Assembly (NCBI RefSeq): GCF_009914755.1
Contig: NC_060934.1
Direction: 5' to 3' (one strand)
Source of the DNA: the human T2T-CHM13v2.0 reference genome, Homo sapiens
DNA: 64,000 bases
In this document: positions 41,501 through 56,100 of the stretch, one piece after another
Numbering within the stretch: the stretch's first letter is position 1
How the letters are laid out: the number at the start of each line of letters is the position of its first letter
Position numbers and translations under genes: made by a program
Notes under the pieces: model-generated
What the model saw: the letters and a program-made list of their open reading frames with translations, nothing else
Database searches by the model: none
Told to the model about the DNA's origin: nothing

Positions 41501-44500
41501 TGTAATATTCATTTTTCACCATTGGCCTCAATGAGCTTCCAAATGTCCATTCATAGCATGGACACAAACAGTGTTTCCAAATATTGAATCCGAAGACAGG
41601 TTTAACTGTCTGAGATGAATGCAGACATCACAAATCAGTTACACAGAAATCTTCTTTCTAGATTTTATCTGAAGATGTTACCTTTTCTACCATAGACCTC
41701 AATGCTCTCTGAACTATACCTTTGCAGATTGTACAAAAACAGTGTTGCCAAACTGCTGAATCCAAAGGAAGGTTTCATTCCATGACATGAATGCACGTAT
41801 CAGAAAGCAGTTTCTCAGAAAGCTTCTTTCTAGTTTTTATCTGAAGATTTTTCTTTTACACCACAAGCCTCAAGGTTATCCAAAATATCTCTTTGCAGAT
41901 TCTACAGAAACAGTGTTTCCAAACTGCTGAATGAAAAGAAAAATTTAACTCTGCAATATGAATGCACACATCACATAGCAGTTTCTCAGAAAGCTCTTGT
42001 CTACTTTATACCCTGGGATATTCACTTTTTCACCATTGGCCTCAAGGAGCTCCCAAATGTTCATTTGCAGAATGGAAAAAAATCAGTGCTTCTAAATGGC
42101 TGAGTCCAAATAAAGTTTTAACTCTGTGAGACGAATACACATAAAAAAGCAGATACAAAGAAAGCTTCTCTCTTGTTTTTATCTGAAGATGTTTCATTTA
42201 ACCATAGGCATCAATGTTCTCTGAAATATCCCTTTGCAGATTCTACAAAAACAGTTTTACCAAACTGCTGAATGAAAAGAAAGGTTTAATTCTATGAGAT
42301 GAAAACATATATCATAAAGAGGTTTCTTATAAGGCATCTCTCTAGTTTTTATGTGAAGTTATTTCCTTTTTCACCATAGGTTTCAATGTCTCCGAAATAT
42401 ACTTTTGCAGATTCTAGAAAAACACTGTTTCCAAACTGCTGTATGAAGAGAAATACTTACCTCTGTGGGATAAATGCACAAATAACAAACCTGTTTCTCA
42501 GATAGCTTCCTTCTTGTTTTGTTCCTGGGATATTTCCTTTTTTGCAATTCCTTCAATGAACTCCCAAATTTCCATTCACAGAATGGACAAAAACAGTGTT
42601 TCCAAATTGCTGAATCCAAAGAAAATTTTAACGCTTTGAGATGAATGCACACATCACAAATCGGTTTCTCAGATAGCTTCCTTTTAGTTTTTATCATGGG
42701 ATACTTGTTTTTTTGCCATTGGCCTCAACGAGCTCCCAAATATCCAATCACAGAATGGACAAAAACAGTGTTTCCAAATTGCTGAATCCAAAGAAAATTT
42801 TAACGCTTTGAGATGAATGCACACATCACAAATCGGTTTCTCAGATAGCTTCCTTTTAGTTTTTATCATGGGATACTTGTTTTTTTGCCATTGGCCTCAA
42901 CGAGCTCCCAAATATGCAATCACAGAATGGACAAAAACAGTGTTTCCAAACTGCTGAATCCAAGGATATGTTTAACTCTGTGAGATGTACGCACACATGA
43001 CAGAGCAGTTTCTCAGAAAGATTCTTTCTAGTTTTTATCTGAAGATGTCTCCTTTTTCAACATTAGCCTTAATGCTCTCCAAAATATCCCTTTGTAGATT
43101 CTACAAAAGCAATCTTTGCAAACTGCTGAATGAAAAGAAAGATTTATCTCTGTGTGATAAAAGCACACATAACATAGCATTTATCAAGAAGATTCTTTCT
43201 AGTTTTTATGAGAAGATGTTTTCTTTTTCAATATTGGTCTCAATGCTCTCCAAAATATCCCTTTGCAGATTCTACAAAAACACTCTTTCCAAACTGCTGA
43301 ATGAAAAGAAATATTTAACTCCATGTGAGAAATGCACACATAACAGCATTTCTCAGGTAGATTTTGTCTAGTTTTTATCTTGGGATATTGGCTTTTTCAC
43401 CATTGGCCTCAAAGAGCTCCCAAATGTCCATTTGCAGAATGGAAAAAAACAGTGTTTCCAAACTGCTGAATGAAAAGAAATGTTTACATCTGCAAGATGA
43501 ATGCACACATCAAAAAGAAGTTTCTCAGAAATCTTCTTTCTAGTTTTTCTAAAGATGATTCTTTTTTAACTCATGCCTCAAGTCTCTCTGAAATATCCCT
43601 TTGCAAATTCTACAAAAACAGTGTTTCAAAACTTCTGAATGAAAAGAAAGTTTTAACTCTGTGAGATGAATGCACACATCACAAAGCGGTTTCTCACATA
43701 GTTTCCTTCAAGTTTTTATCCTGGGATATTCACTTTTTCACTATTGGCCTCAATAAGCTCCTAAATATCCACTCGCAGAATGGACAAAAACTGAGTTTCC
43801 ATACTGCTGAATCGAAAGAAAGTTTTAACACTGTGAGATGAATGCACACATCACATACAGTTTCTTAGAAATCTTCTTTCAAGATTTTATCTGAAGATGT
43901 TTCCTTTTTCACCAGAGGCCTGAATGTTCTCCAAAGTATCCCTTTGCAGATTCTACAAAAACAGTGTCTCAAAACTGCTGAATGAAAGAAAAGTTTTAAC
44001 TCTGTGAGATGAATGCGCACATCAGAAAGCGGTTTCTCTGAAAGATTCTTACTAGTTTTTATCAGAAGATGTTTCCTATCTCACCATAGGCCTCAATGCT
44101 CTCTGAAATATCATTTTACAGATTCTAAAAAAACAGTCTTTCGAAACTGCTGAATGAAAAGTTGGTTTCAATCTGTGAGATGAATGCACACATCACATAG
44201 CTGTTTCTCATATGTCATTGGTGTAGTTTTTATCCTGCTATATTAACTTTTACAACACTGGCCTCAAAGAGCTCCCAAATGTCCTTCACAGAATGGGCAG
44301 AAATAGTGTTTCCAAACTGCTGAATCCAAAGAAGGTTTACATCTGTGAGATGATGGACACAGCACAAAATAGTCTCTCAGAAAGCATCTTTCTCATTTTT
44401 ACCTGAGATGTTTCCTTTTGCACTGTAGACCACAATGCTCTCCGAAATATCCCTTTACAGATTCTGTAAAAGCAGTGTTTCCAACTGCTGAATGAAAAGA

Positions 44501-47150
44501 AATGTTTAACTCTGTGAGATGAATGCACACATCACACAACAGTTACTCAGATAGCTTCTTTCTAGTTTTTAATCCTGGGACATTCACTTTTTTGCCATTG
44601 GGGCCAATGAACTCTCAAATGTCCATTCACAGAAGGGACAAAAACAGTGTTTCCAAACTCCTGAATCCAAAGAAGAGTTTAACTCCGTAAGGTGAATGGA
44701 CACATCATGAAGTAGTTTCTCAGAAAGCTTCTTTGTAGTTGTCATCTGAAGATGTTTCCTATTTCACCATAGGCCTGAAGGCTCTCTGAAATATCCCTTT
44801 GTAGATACTACAAAAACAGTGTCTCCAAAATGCTGAATGAAAAGAAAGGTTTAACTCTGTGAATAAATTCACACATCACAAAGCGGTTTTCCAGATAGCC
44901 TCCTTCTAGTTTTTATACTGGGATATTTTCTTTTTCACCATTGGCCTCAAAGAGCTCCAAATATCCATTTGCAGAATGGACAAAAACATTGTTTCCAAAC
45001 TGCAGAATTGAAAGAAAGGTTTAAGTCTGTGAGATGAATGCAAACATCACAATGTAGTTTCTCAGAAAGCTTCTTTCTAGTTTTTATGTGAAGATGTTTC
45101 CTTTTTCAACATAGGCCTCAATGCTCTCTGAAATATCCCTTTTCATATTCTACAAAAACAGTTTTTCCTACCTGCTGAATGAAAAGATGGGTTTGCCTCT
45201 GAGAGGTGAATGCACACATCACATAGCACTTTCTCAGATAGCTTTCTCCTAGTTTTTATCCTGGGATATTGGCTTTTTCACCATTGGTCTCCATGAGCTC
45301 CATAATTTCCATTCACAGAATGGACAAAAACAGTGTTTCCACACTGCTGAACACAAAAAAAGGATTAACTCTGTGAGATGACTGTATCCCTCACATAGCA
45401 GTTTCTAAGATAGATTCAGTCCAGTTTTTTCCTGGGATATTTGCTTTTTCGCCATTGGCCTCAATTAACTCCTAAATGTCCATATGCAGAATGGACGAAA
45501 ACAGTGTTTTCAATCTGCTGATTACAAAGAAAGGTTTAACTATGTGAGATGAATGCACACATCACAAAGCGGTTTCTCAGATAGCTTCCTTTTAGTTTTT
45601 ATCCTGGGATATTCACTTTTTCACCATTGGCATCAATGAGCTCTGAAATGTCCATTCACAGAATGGACAAAAACACTTTCCAAGCTACTGAATACAAAGA
45701 ATGGATTAACTCTGTGAGATAAATGCACACGTCACAAAGCAGTTTCTCAGAAAGCTTCTTTCTAGTATTTTTCTGAAGATGTTTCTTTCTAGTTTTTATC
45801 TGAAGATGTATCCTTTTCCACCATAGCCCTCATTGCTCTCCAAAATATCCCTTTGCGGATTCTAGAAAAACAGTGTTTCCAAGTTGCTGAATCCCAAGGA
45901 AGGTTTAACTCTGTGAGATGAATGCATTCATCACAAAGCAGTTTCTCAGAGAGTTTCTTTCTAGTTTTTATCTGAATATGTTCCCTTTTTCACCATCGGC
46001 CTCAAAGTGCTTCCAAATACCCCTTCACACATTCTACAAAAACAGTGTTTCCCAACTGATGAAGGAAATGAAAGATTTTCCTCTGTGAGATGAATACCCA
46101 CATCAGAAATCGTTTTCTCAGGTAGTATCCTTCTGGTTTTTATCCTGGAATATTCCCTTTTCACCAGTTGCCTCAGTGAGCTCCCAAATGTCCATTCTGT
46201 GAATGGACAAAAACAGTGTTTCCAAAAAAGTGAATCCAAAGAAAGGTTTAACTCTGGGAGATGAATGCAAACATCACAAAGTAGTTTCTATGAATTTTTC
46301 TTTCAAGTTTTTTTCTGAAGATGTCTCCTGTTTCACCATGGGCCTCTATGAGCTCCCAAATATGCCTTCACAACTTCTAAAAAAATAATCTTTCCAAACT
46401 GCTCAATGAAAAGAAAGGTTAACCTCTGTGAAATGAATGCACACACCACAAAGTGGTTTATCAGATAGCTTCCTTCTAGTTTATATTCTGGAATAGTCAC
46501 TTTTTCACCATTGGCCTCAATGAGCTCCCAAATGTCCATTCACAGAAAGGACAAACACAGTGTTTCCAAACTGCTGAATCCAAAGACGGGTTTAACTCTC
46601 TGAGCTGAATGAACACAACGTGAAGCAGTTTTTCAGAAATTTTTTTCTACTTTTCATCTGAAGATGTTTCCTTTTTTCTCATGGGCCTCAATACACTCCC
46701 AAATATCCCTTGGCAGATTCTAAAAAACAGTGTTTCCAAACTGCTTAATGAAAAGAAAGTTTTAGCTCTGTCAGGTGAATGCACACATCACAAAGTGGTT
46801 TCTCAGATAGCTTCCTACTAGTTTTTATCCTGGCATATTTGCTTTGTCTCTTTGGTCTCAATGAGCTCCCAAATGTAGACTTGCAGAATGGACAAAAACA
46901 GTGTTTCCAAACTGCTGAATCCCAAGAAAGGTTAACTCTATGAGATGAATGCACACATCACAAAGCAATTTCTCAGACAGCTTCTTTATTGTTTTTATCT
47001 GAACATGCTTCTTTTAACCATAGGCCTCAATGCACTCCCAAATATCCCTGAGTAGATTGTACAAAAACATTGTTTACAAACTGCTGAATGAAAAGAAAGG
47101 CTTTACTGTGTGAGATGAATGCACACATCACAAAGTGGTTTCCCAGAAAT
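26579..47150 (-). repeat. Alpha satellite, dimeric type with phase irregularities, reverse orientation
   Basis: The same two monomer types (GCTGAATGAAAAG / GCTGAATCCAAAG). The last hairpin-type monomer is at ~46,810-46,920. The right boundary is approximate (+/-150 bp). Confidence 0.95.
42576..42950. repeat. Near-perfect 172-bp tandem duplication of one monomer
   Basis: TCACAGAATGGAC... recurs at 42,576, 42,748 and 42,920, with one mismatch (42,744 C vs 42,916 G). The ORF track shows an identical 40-aa peptide twice, 172 bp apart. Confidence 0.93.
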
Positions 47151-50100
47151 CTCCTTTCTTTTTTTAATCTGAAGTTATTTCCTTTTTCACCATAGGCCAC
47201 ATGTGCTCACAAATATCCCTTCACAGATTCTACCAAAAATGTGCTTCCAAACCTATCAATCAAAAGAAAGTTTTAATACTGTAAGATGAATGCATCCATC
47301 AGAAAGCAGTTTCTGAGAAACCTTCTTTCCTGTTTTTATGTGAAGATATTTCCATTTTCACCATAGGCTTCAATGTGCTCCTATGTATAACTTTGCAGAT
47401 TGTATAAAAACAGTGTTTCTGAACTGTTACATCAAAAGAAGTATTTAATTCTGTGAGATGAATGCACACATTGGAAAGCAGCTTCTCATAACGCTTCTAT
47501 CCAGTTTTTATCTGAAGCTATTTCATTGTTCACCATAGGCCTTTTGTGCAACAAAACATCGCTTCACAGATTATACAAAAACAGTGTTTCCAAACTGCTC
47601 AGTGAAAAGAAAATTTTAACTCTGTGAGTTGAATGCATACATCTCAAAGCAATTTCTCAAAAAGCTTCTTTCTAGTTTTCATCCAAAGATATTTCCTTTT
47701 TCACCATAGGCATCAGTTTGCTCCCAAGTATCCCTTTGCAGATTCTACATAAACAGTGTTCCCAAAGTGCTCAACCAAAAGAAACGTTTTGCCCTGTGAG
47801 AAGAATGCTCACATCACAAAGTGATTCCTCAGAAAGCTTCTTTCTAGTTTTTATCTAAAGTTATTTCCTTTTTCATCATAGGCCTTGTATGTTCCCAAAT
47901 ATCCCTTTGCAGATTCTACAACTTTGCAGTTTCCAAACTGGTCAATCAAAGAAAAGGTTTAACTCTGAGATGAATGTGCACATCAGAAAGCAGTTTCTCA
48001 AAAGTATTCTTTCTATTTTTTTTCCAATGTTATTTTCATTTTCCACCATTGGCTTCAAAGTGCTCCCAAGTATCCCTTCACAGATTCTACAAAAACAGTC
48101 TTTCCAAACTGCTCAGTGAAAAGAAAATTTTACCTCTGTGAGATGTATGAACTCATCAAAAAGCAGTTTCTCAGAGAGTTTCTGTCTACTTCTTCTCTGA
48201 ATATATTTCCTTTTCCACCATAGACCTCAATGCACTCCCAAATATAACTTCACAGATTCTACAAAAACAGTGTTTCCAAGTGGTTCCATCAAAAGAAGGG
48301 TTTAACTCTGAGAGACGAATGCACACTTCAGAAAGCAGTTTCTCATAGTGCTTCTTTCCAGTTTTCATCAGAAGATATTTTCTTGTTCACCACAGGCTTT
48401 TTTTCGCTACATGATATTGCTTCGCAAATTTTTCAAAAACAGTCAACAGCTCAGTCCAAAGAAAGGTTTAACTCTGTGAGATGAATGTACGCATCACAAA
48501 GCAATTTCTCAATAAGATTCTTTCTAGTTTTTATCTGAAGATATTTCTTTTATCATCGTAGGCTTCAATGTGCAGCGAAATAGCTCATCGCAGATTCTGC
48601 AAAACACTGTTTCCAAACTGCTCACTCAAAAAACTGGTTTAACTCTGTGAGTTGAACGCCCAAATCACAAAGCAGTTTCTCAAAAAGTTTCTTTCTATTT
48701 TTATCCGTAGATTTTCCGTTTTTCACCATAGACCTCAGTGCACTCTGAGATATCCCTTTGCAGATTCTACAAAAACAGTGTTTCCAAACTGCTCAATCAA
48801 AAGAAACTTTTAACTCTCTGAGATGAATGCACACATGACAGAACAGTTTCTTGGATAGCTTCTGTCTAGTTCTTCTCAGAAGATATTCCTTTTTCCACTA
48901 TATGCCTCATTGCTTTCCCAAATATCCCTTCCCAGATTGTATAAAAACAGTGTTTCAGAACTGTCCCATCAAAAGATGGACTTAACTGAGTTAGATAAAT
49001 GCACACATCAGAAAGCAGTTTCTCATAATGCTTCTTTCAAGTTTTTATCCAAAGATATTTCATTTATCACCTTAGGCTTCAATGCACTCCCTAATGTCCC
49101 TCCTCAGATTCTACAAAACCACGTTTTACAAACTGCTCAATCAAAGAAAGATTTAACTCTGTGATATGAATACACACAACACAAAGCAGTTTCTCAGGGA
49201 ACTTCTGTCCAGTTCTTCAATGGAGATATTTCCTTTTCCACCTTAAGCCTCAATGCACTTGCAAATATCCCTTTGCAGATTCTATAAAAACAGTTTCTGA
49301 ACTGTTCCATCAAAAGAAGGATTTAACTACCTGAGGAGAATGTGCACAGCAGAAAGCAGTTTCTCCTAACGCTTCTTTCCAGTTTTTATCTGAAGATATT
49401 ACCTTGTTTTCCATAGGCCTTTTTGTGCTACCTATCATCACTTCGCAGATCATACAGAAACAGGTTTCCAAACTGCTCAGTCAAAGGATAGTTTAACTTT
49501 GTTGGATGAATTCACACATCACAAAGCCATTTCTCATAAAGCTTCTTTCTATTTTTATTTGAAGATTTTCCTTCATCACCATAGGATTTAATGTGCTCCC
49601 AAATATCCCTTCACATATACTACAAAAACATTGTTTCCAAACTGATCCTTCAAAAGAAAGGTTTAACTCTGTGAGATGAATGCACACATCACAAAGCAGC
49701 TTCTCAGTAAGATTCTGTCTAGTTCTTCTCTGAAGACATTTCCTTTTCCAGCGTAGGCCTCAGTGCACTCACAAATATCCCTTCGCAGATTCTACAAAAC
49801 CTGTTTCTAAACTGTTCCATCAAAAGAAGCATTTAACTATGTGAGAAGAGCACACACATCAAAAAGCAGTTTCTCATAATGCTTCTTTCCAGTTTTTATC
49901 TGAAGATATTTATTTTTTCACAAATGGCTTTTTTGAGATACCTAATATCATTTCACAGATTTTGCGAAAACAGTGTTTCCAAACAGCGTTTCCAAACAGC
50001 TCAGTAAAAGGAAAGGTTTAATTCTGTGAGATAAATGCACACGACACAAAGCAGTTTCTCAAAAAGTTTCTTTCTATTTTTTATCCGAAGATATTCCATT

Positions 50101-53100
50101 TTTCATCATAGGCATCAGTGCACTCCCAAATATCCCTTTGCAGATTCTAAAACAAAAAGGTTCCAAACTGCTCAATAAAAAACAGTTTTAACTCTGTGAA
50201 TTGAATGCACATATCAAAAATCATTTTCTCTAAAAGCTGCTTTCTAGTTTTTATTCAAAGATATTTCCTTTTTCACCCTAGGTGTCAGTGTGCTCCCATA
50301 TATCCCTTAGCAGATTTTACAAAAACAGTGCTTCCAAACTGTTCCATCAAAAGTACGACTTACTTCTGTGAGATGAATGCACACATCAGAAAGCAGTTTC
50401 TCATAACACTTTTTTCCAGTTTTTATCTGAAGGTACTTCCTTGTTCACCATAGTCTTTTTTGCATGCTACTTAATATCACTTCACAGATTTTGCAAAAAC
50501 AGTCTTTCCAAACTGCTCCATTAAAAGAAAATTTTATCTCTGTGATATTAATGCACACATTACACATCAGTTTCCTAAAAAGCTTCTTTCTAGTTTTTAT
50601 CCCAAGATATTTTCTTTTTCACCATAGGCCTCAGAGTGCTGCAAAATATTCCTTTCCAGTTTCTACAAAAACCGTGTTTCCAAACTGCTCAATCAAAAGA
50701 AAGGTTTAACTCTGTGAGATGAATGCACATATCACAAAGCAGTTTCTCTGATACCTCCTGTCTAGTTCTTCTCTGAAGATATTTCCTTTTCCACCATAGT
50801 CCCTACTGTACTCCCAAATATCCCTTCACAGATTCTACAAAACCAGTGTTTCCAAACTGTTCCATCAAAAGAAGAACTTAACTCTGTGAGATGAACAGAC
50901 CCATCATAAAGCAGTTTCTCAGAAAGCTTCTTTCTTTTTTTTTGACTTGAGTCATTTCCTTTTTCACTGTGGGCCTCAATGTGCTCCAAAATAAGCCTTC
51001 GCAGATTCTGCCAAAGGGTGCTTGCAAATGTCTTCATCAAAGGAAAAATTTAACACTGTTAAATGAATTCACACATCAGAAATCAGTGTCTCAGAAGGCG
51101 TCTTTCCAGGTTTTTTTCTGAAGATACTTCCTTTTTCACCATAGGCATCTTTGCGCTACCTAATATCCTGTCTCAGATGCTACAAAAACAGTGTTTCTAA
51201 ACTGCTTAATCAAAAAACAGGTTTAGCTCTGTGAGTTGCAGGCACGCATCACAAAGCTGTTTCTCAGGAATCTTCTTTCATAATTTTATCTAAAGATATT
51301 TCCTCTTTCACCATAGGCTTCAGTGCACTCCCAATTATCCCTTCACAGATTCTAAAAAAACTGTGTTTCCAAACTGCTCAGGAAAAACAAAGGTTTTACT
51401 CTGTGAGATGAATGCATGCATCTCAAAGCGGATTCTCAAAAAGCTTCTTTCTAGTTGTTATTCAAACATCTTTCCTTTTTCATCATAGGCTTCAATGCAC
51501 TATGAAATATCCTTTCGCAGATTCTACGAAAACAGTGTTTTCAAAATAATCAATCAAAAGAAAGGTTTTACTCTGTGAGATGAATGCACCCATCACAAAG
51601 CAGTTTATCAGACAGCTTCTGTCTGGTTATTCTCTGAAGATATTTCCTTTTCCACCATAGGCCTCAATGTGCTCCCAAGTGTCTCTTTGCAGAGTCTACA
51701 AAACACTGGGTTTCCGAACACTTCCATCAAAAGAAGGATTTAACTCTGTGACGTAAAGGCACACATCAGAAAGCATTTTCTCATAACACTTCCTTCCAGT
51801 TTTTATCTGAAGACATTAATTTGTTCACCATAGGCCTTTTTGTACAACACAACATCACTTTGCAGATTATACAGAAACAGTGTTTCCAAACTACTAAGTC
51901 AAAAGAAAAGTGTAACTCTGTGAAATGAATGCATACATTAAAAAAGCAGTTTCTCAAAGAGCTTCTTTCTAGTTTTTAACTGATGACATTTCCTTTTTCA
52001 CCATAAGCATCAGTGGTGTCCCAAATATCCCTTTGCAGATTCTACAAAAACAGTGTTTCCAAATGCCTCAATCAAAAGAAATCTTTAACTTTCTGAGATG
52101 AATGCACACATTACAAAGCTGTTTCTCAGAAAGCTTCTTACTTGTTTTTATCTGAAAATAATTCCTTTTTCACCATAGGCTTCTGTGTGCTCCCAAATAT
52201 CCCTTTGAAGATTCAACAAAAACAGTATTTCCAAACTGCTCAATCAAAAGAAAGTTTAAACTCTGTGAGATGAATGCAAACATCACAAAGCAGTTTCTAA
52301 AAAAGCTTCTGTTTAGTTTTTCTCTGAAGACATTTCTTTTTCCACCATATGCCTCAATGCGTTCCCAAATATCCCTTTGCAGATTATACAAAAACAGTGT
52401 TTCCAAACTGTTCCATCAAAAGAAGGACTTAACTCTATGAGATGAACATGCACATCAGAAAGCAGATTCTCATAACCTTTCTTTCCAGTTTTTCTCTGAA
52501 GATATTTACCAGTGCACCATGGACATTTTTGGGCTACTTAACATCACTTCACAGATTATACAGAAAAAGTGTTTCCAAACTGCTCAGTCAAAAGAAAAGT
52601 TTAACTTTGTGAGATGAATGCATACATCACAAATCAGTTTCTCAGAAAGTTTCTTTCTAGTGTTTATCTAAAGTTGTTTCTCTTTTCACCATAGGGCTTC
52701 TGTGCTCCCAAATATCCCTTTGCAGATTCTAGAAAAACAGTGTTTCCAAACTACTGAATCAAAAGAATGTTTCAGTTCTGTGCAGTGAATGCACACATCA
52801 CAAAACAGTTTCTCAGAAGGCTTCTTTCTAGTTTTCATCCGAAGAAAATTTCTTTTTCACCATAGGCCTCAGTGGCTTTCAAATAACTCTTTTAAGATTC
52901 TACATATACAGTGTTTACAAACTGATCAATCAAAGGAAATGTTTAACTCAGTGAAAGGAATGCACACATTACAAAACTGTTTCCCAGAAAACTTCTTTCA
53001 TGTTTTTATCTGAATTAATTTCCTTTTCCACCAAAGGCCTCTTGTGCTCCCAAATATCCCTTGGCAGATTCTACAAAACACTTTTTCCAAACTGCTCCAT

Positions 53101-56100
53101 CAAAAGAAAGGTTTACCTCTGTGAGGTGAATACACACATCACAAGGCAGTTTCTCAGAATCTTTCTGTCTAGTTGTCCTCTGAAGTTATTTCATTTTCCA
53201 CCATAGGCCTCAATGTGATCCCAAATATTCCTTTGCCTATTCTACAAAAACACTATTTCCAAACTGTTTCATGGAAAGAAGGATTTAACTCTGTGAGATG
53301 AAAGCACTAATCTGAAAGCAGTTTCTCATAATGATTCTTTCCAGGTTTTATCTAAAGATATTTCCTTGTTCACCATAGGCCTCTCAGTGCTACATAACAT
53401 GGCTTCACAGATTATCCAAAAAGAGTGTGTACATACTGCTCAGTCAAAAGAAAAGTTTAACACTGTGAGATGAATGCAAGCAACATCAAGCAGTTTCTCA
53501 CAAAGCTTCTTTCTAGTTTTTATCAGAAGTCATTTCCTTTTTCACCATAGGATCAGTGTGCTCCAAAATATCCCTCTGCAGGCTCTAAAAAAAAGTTTTT
53601 CCAAACTACTCAATCAAAGAAATTGTTAACTCTATGAGATTAATGCATACATCACAAAGCAGTTTCTCAGAAAGCTTCTTTCTGATTTTTATCTGAAGTT
53701 ATTTCCTTTTTCACCATAGGCCTCGTGTGCTAACAAATATCCCTTCACAGATTCTACCAAATGTGTTTACAAGCTGATCAATCTAAAGAGAGGTTTAACT
53801 CTGTGAGATCAATGCACACAACACAAAGCAGTTTCTCACTATGCTCCATTTTCGTTTTTATCCAAAGGTATTTCCTTTATTACCATAGGCCTCAATGTGC
53901 TCCCAAATATGCATTTGCAGATTCTACAAAAACAGTGTGTCCAAACTGATCAATCAAAAGAGACGTTTAACTCTCTGAGATAAATGCACACGTCACAAAG
54001 AAATTTCTCAAAAAGCTTCTTTCTAGTTTTTATGTGAAAATATTTTCTTTATCACCATAGGCTTCAATGCTCTCCCAAATATCCTGTCACACACTCTACA
54101 AAAAATAGTGTTTCCAATCTGCTCAATCAAAAACAGGTTTAAATCTTGCAGTTAAATGCACACATCACAAGACATTTCTCAAAAAGCTTCTTTCTAGTTT
54201 TTATCTGAAGATATTTCCATTTTCACCACAGGCCTCAGTGCACTCCCAGCTATATCTGTGCAGATTCTACAAAAACAGGGTCTCCAAAATGCTCAAACAA
54301 AAGAAAGGTTTAACTCTGTGAGATGAATACACACATCATAAAGCAGTTTTTCAGAAAGCTTCTGTCTAGTTCTTCTCTGAAGATATTTCCTTTTCCACCA
54401 TAGGCATAAATGCACTCCCAAATATTCCTTCGCAGACTCTGCAAAAAAAGTGTTTCCAAACTGTTCAAACAAGAGACATTTAACTCTGTGAGATGAACAC
54501 CCACATCAGAAAGGAGTTTCTTCTAATGCTTCTTTCCAGTTTTTATCTGAAGATATATACTTGTTCACCATAGGCCTTTTTGTGCTACCTAACATCTCTT
54601 CACAGATTATACACAAACAGTGTTTCCAAACTGCTCAGTCAAAAGAAAGGTTTAACTCTGTGAGATGAATGCATACATCACGAAGCAGTTTCTCAAAAAT
54701 CTTTCTAGATTTTAATGAAGATATTTCCTTTTTCACCCTGGGCATCATTGGGTCCTGAAATATCCCTTTGCAGATTCTACAAAAACAGTATTTCCAAACT
54801 GCTCAATCAAAAGAAACGTTTAATTCTTTAAGAAGAATGCACACATCACAAAGCAGTTTCTCAGAAAGCTTCTTTCTAGTTTTTATTTGAAGTTATTTCC
54901 TTTTTCACCATAGGCCTCGTGGACTCCCAAATATCCCTTCACAGATTCTACAAAAGTAGAGTTTCCAAACTGATCAATCAAAAAAAGTTGTAACTCTGTC
55001 AGATGGATGCATACATAACAAACAGCTTCTCAATAAGCTTCTTTCTAGTTTTTATCAAAAGATATTTCCTTTTTCTCCATAGGCTTCAATGAGCTCTCAA
55101 GTATCACTTTGCAGATTCCACATAAACAGTTTTTCCAAACTGCTCAATCAAAAGAAAGGGTTAACTCTATGAGTTGCATGCATACATCATAAAGCAGTTT
55201 CTCAGAAATCTTCTCTCTAGTTCTTCTCTGAATATATTTCATGTTCCACCATAGGCCTCAGTGCACTCCCAAATATCCCTTCTCAGATTCTACAAAAAAA
55301 AGCGTTTCCAAAACTTTTCCATGAAGAGAAGGACTTAACTCTGTGAGATGAATGCAAACATCAGAAAGCAGTTTCTCATAATGCTTCTTTCTACTTTTTA
55401 TCTGAAGGTATTTCCTTGTTCACCAAAGGCTTTCTTGCACTACAAAATATCACTTCACAGATTTTGCAAAACACTGTTTCCAAACTGCTCATTCAAAAGA
55501 AAGTTTTAACTCTGTCAGATGAATGCACACATCACAAAGTGGTTTCTCAAAGTGCTTATTTCTCATTTTTATCTGAATATATTTCTTTTATCACCATAGG
55601 CTTCTATGCACTCCCAAATATCCTGTCACAGATTCAACAAAAACAGTGTTTCCAAACTCTTCAATCAGAAAACAGATTATCTCCTTTGAGTCAAATGCAC
55701 ACATCACAAAGCCATTTCTTAAAAAGCTTCTTTTTAGTTTAAATAAAAACTAAAGGTTTTGAAGATTTTCCTTTTTCTCCATAGGCCTCAGTGCACTCCA
55801 AACTATACATTTGCATATTTACAAAAACAGTGTTCCAATCTGCTAAATAACAAGAAAGGTTTTACTCTGTCAGAAGAATGCACACATCACAGTTTCTTAG
55901 ATAGCTTCTGTATAGTTTTTCTCTGAAGATAGCTCCTTTTCCACCATAGCCCTCCCAAAAATGTATACTCCCAAAAATCCCTTCACAGATTGTACAAAAA
56001 CAGAGTTTCCAAACAGTTCCATCAAAAGGACTTAACTCCGTGAGATGAATGCACATATCAGAAAGCAGTTTCTCATAATGCTTCTTTCTATTTTTTATCT

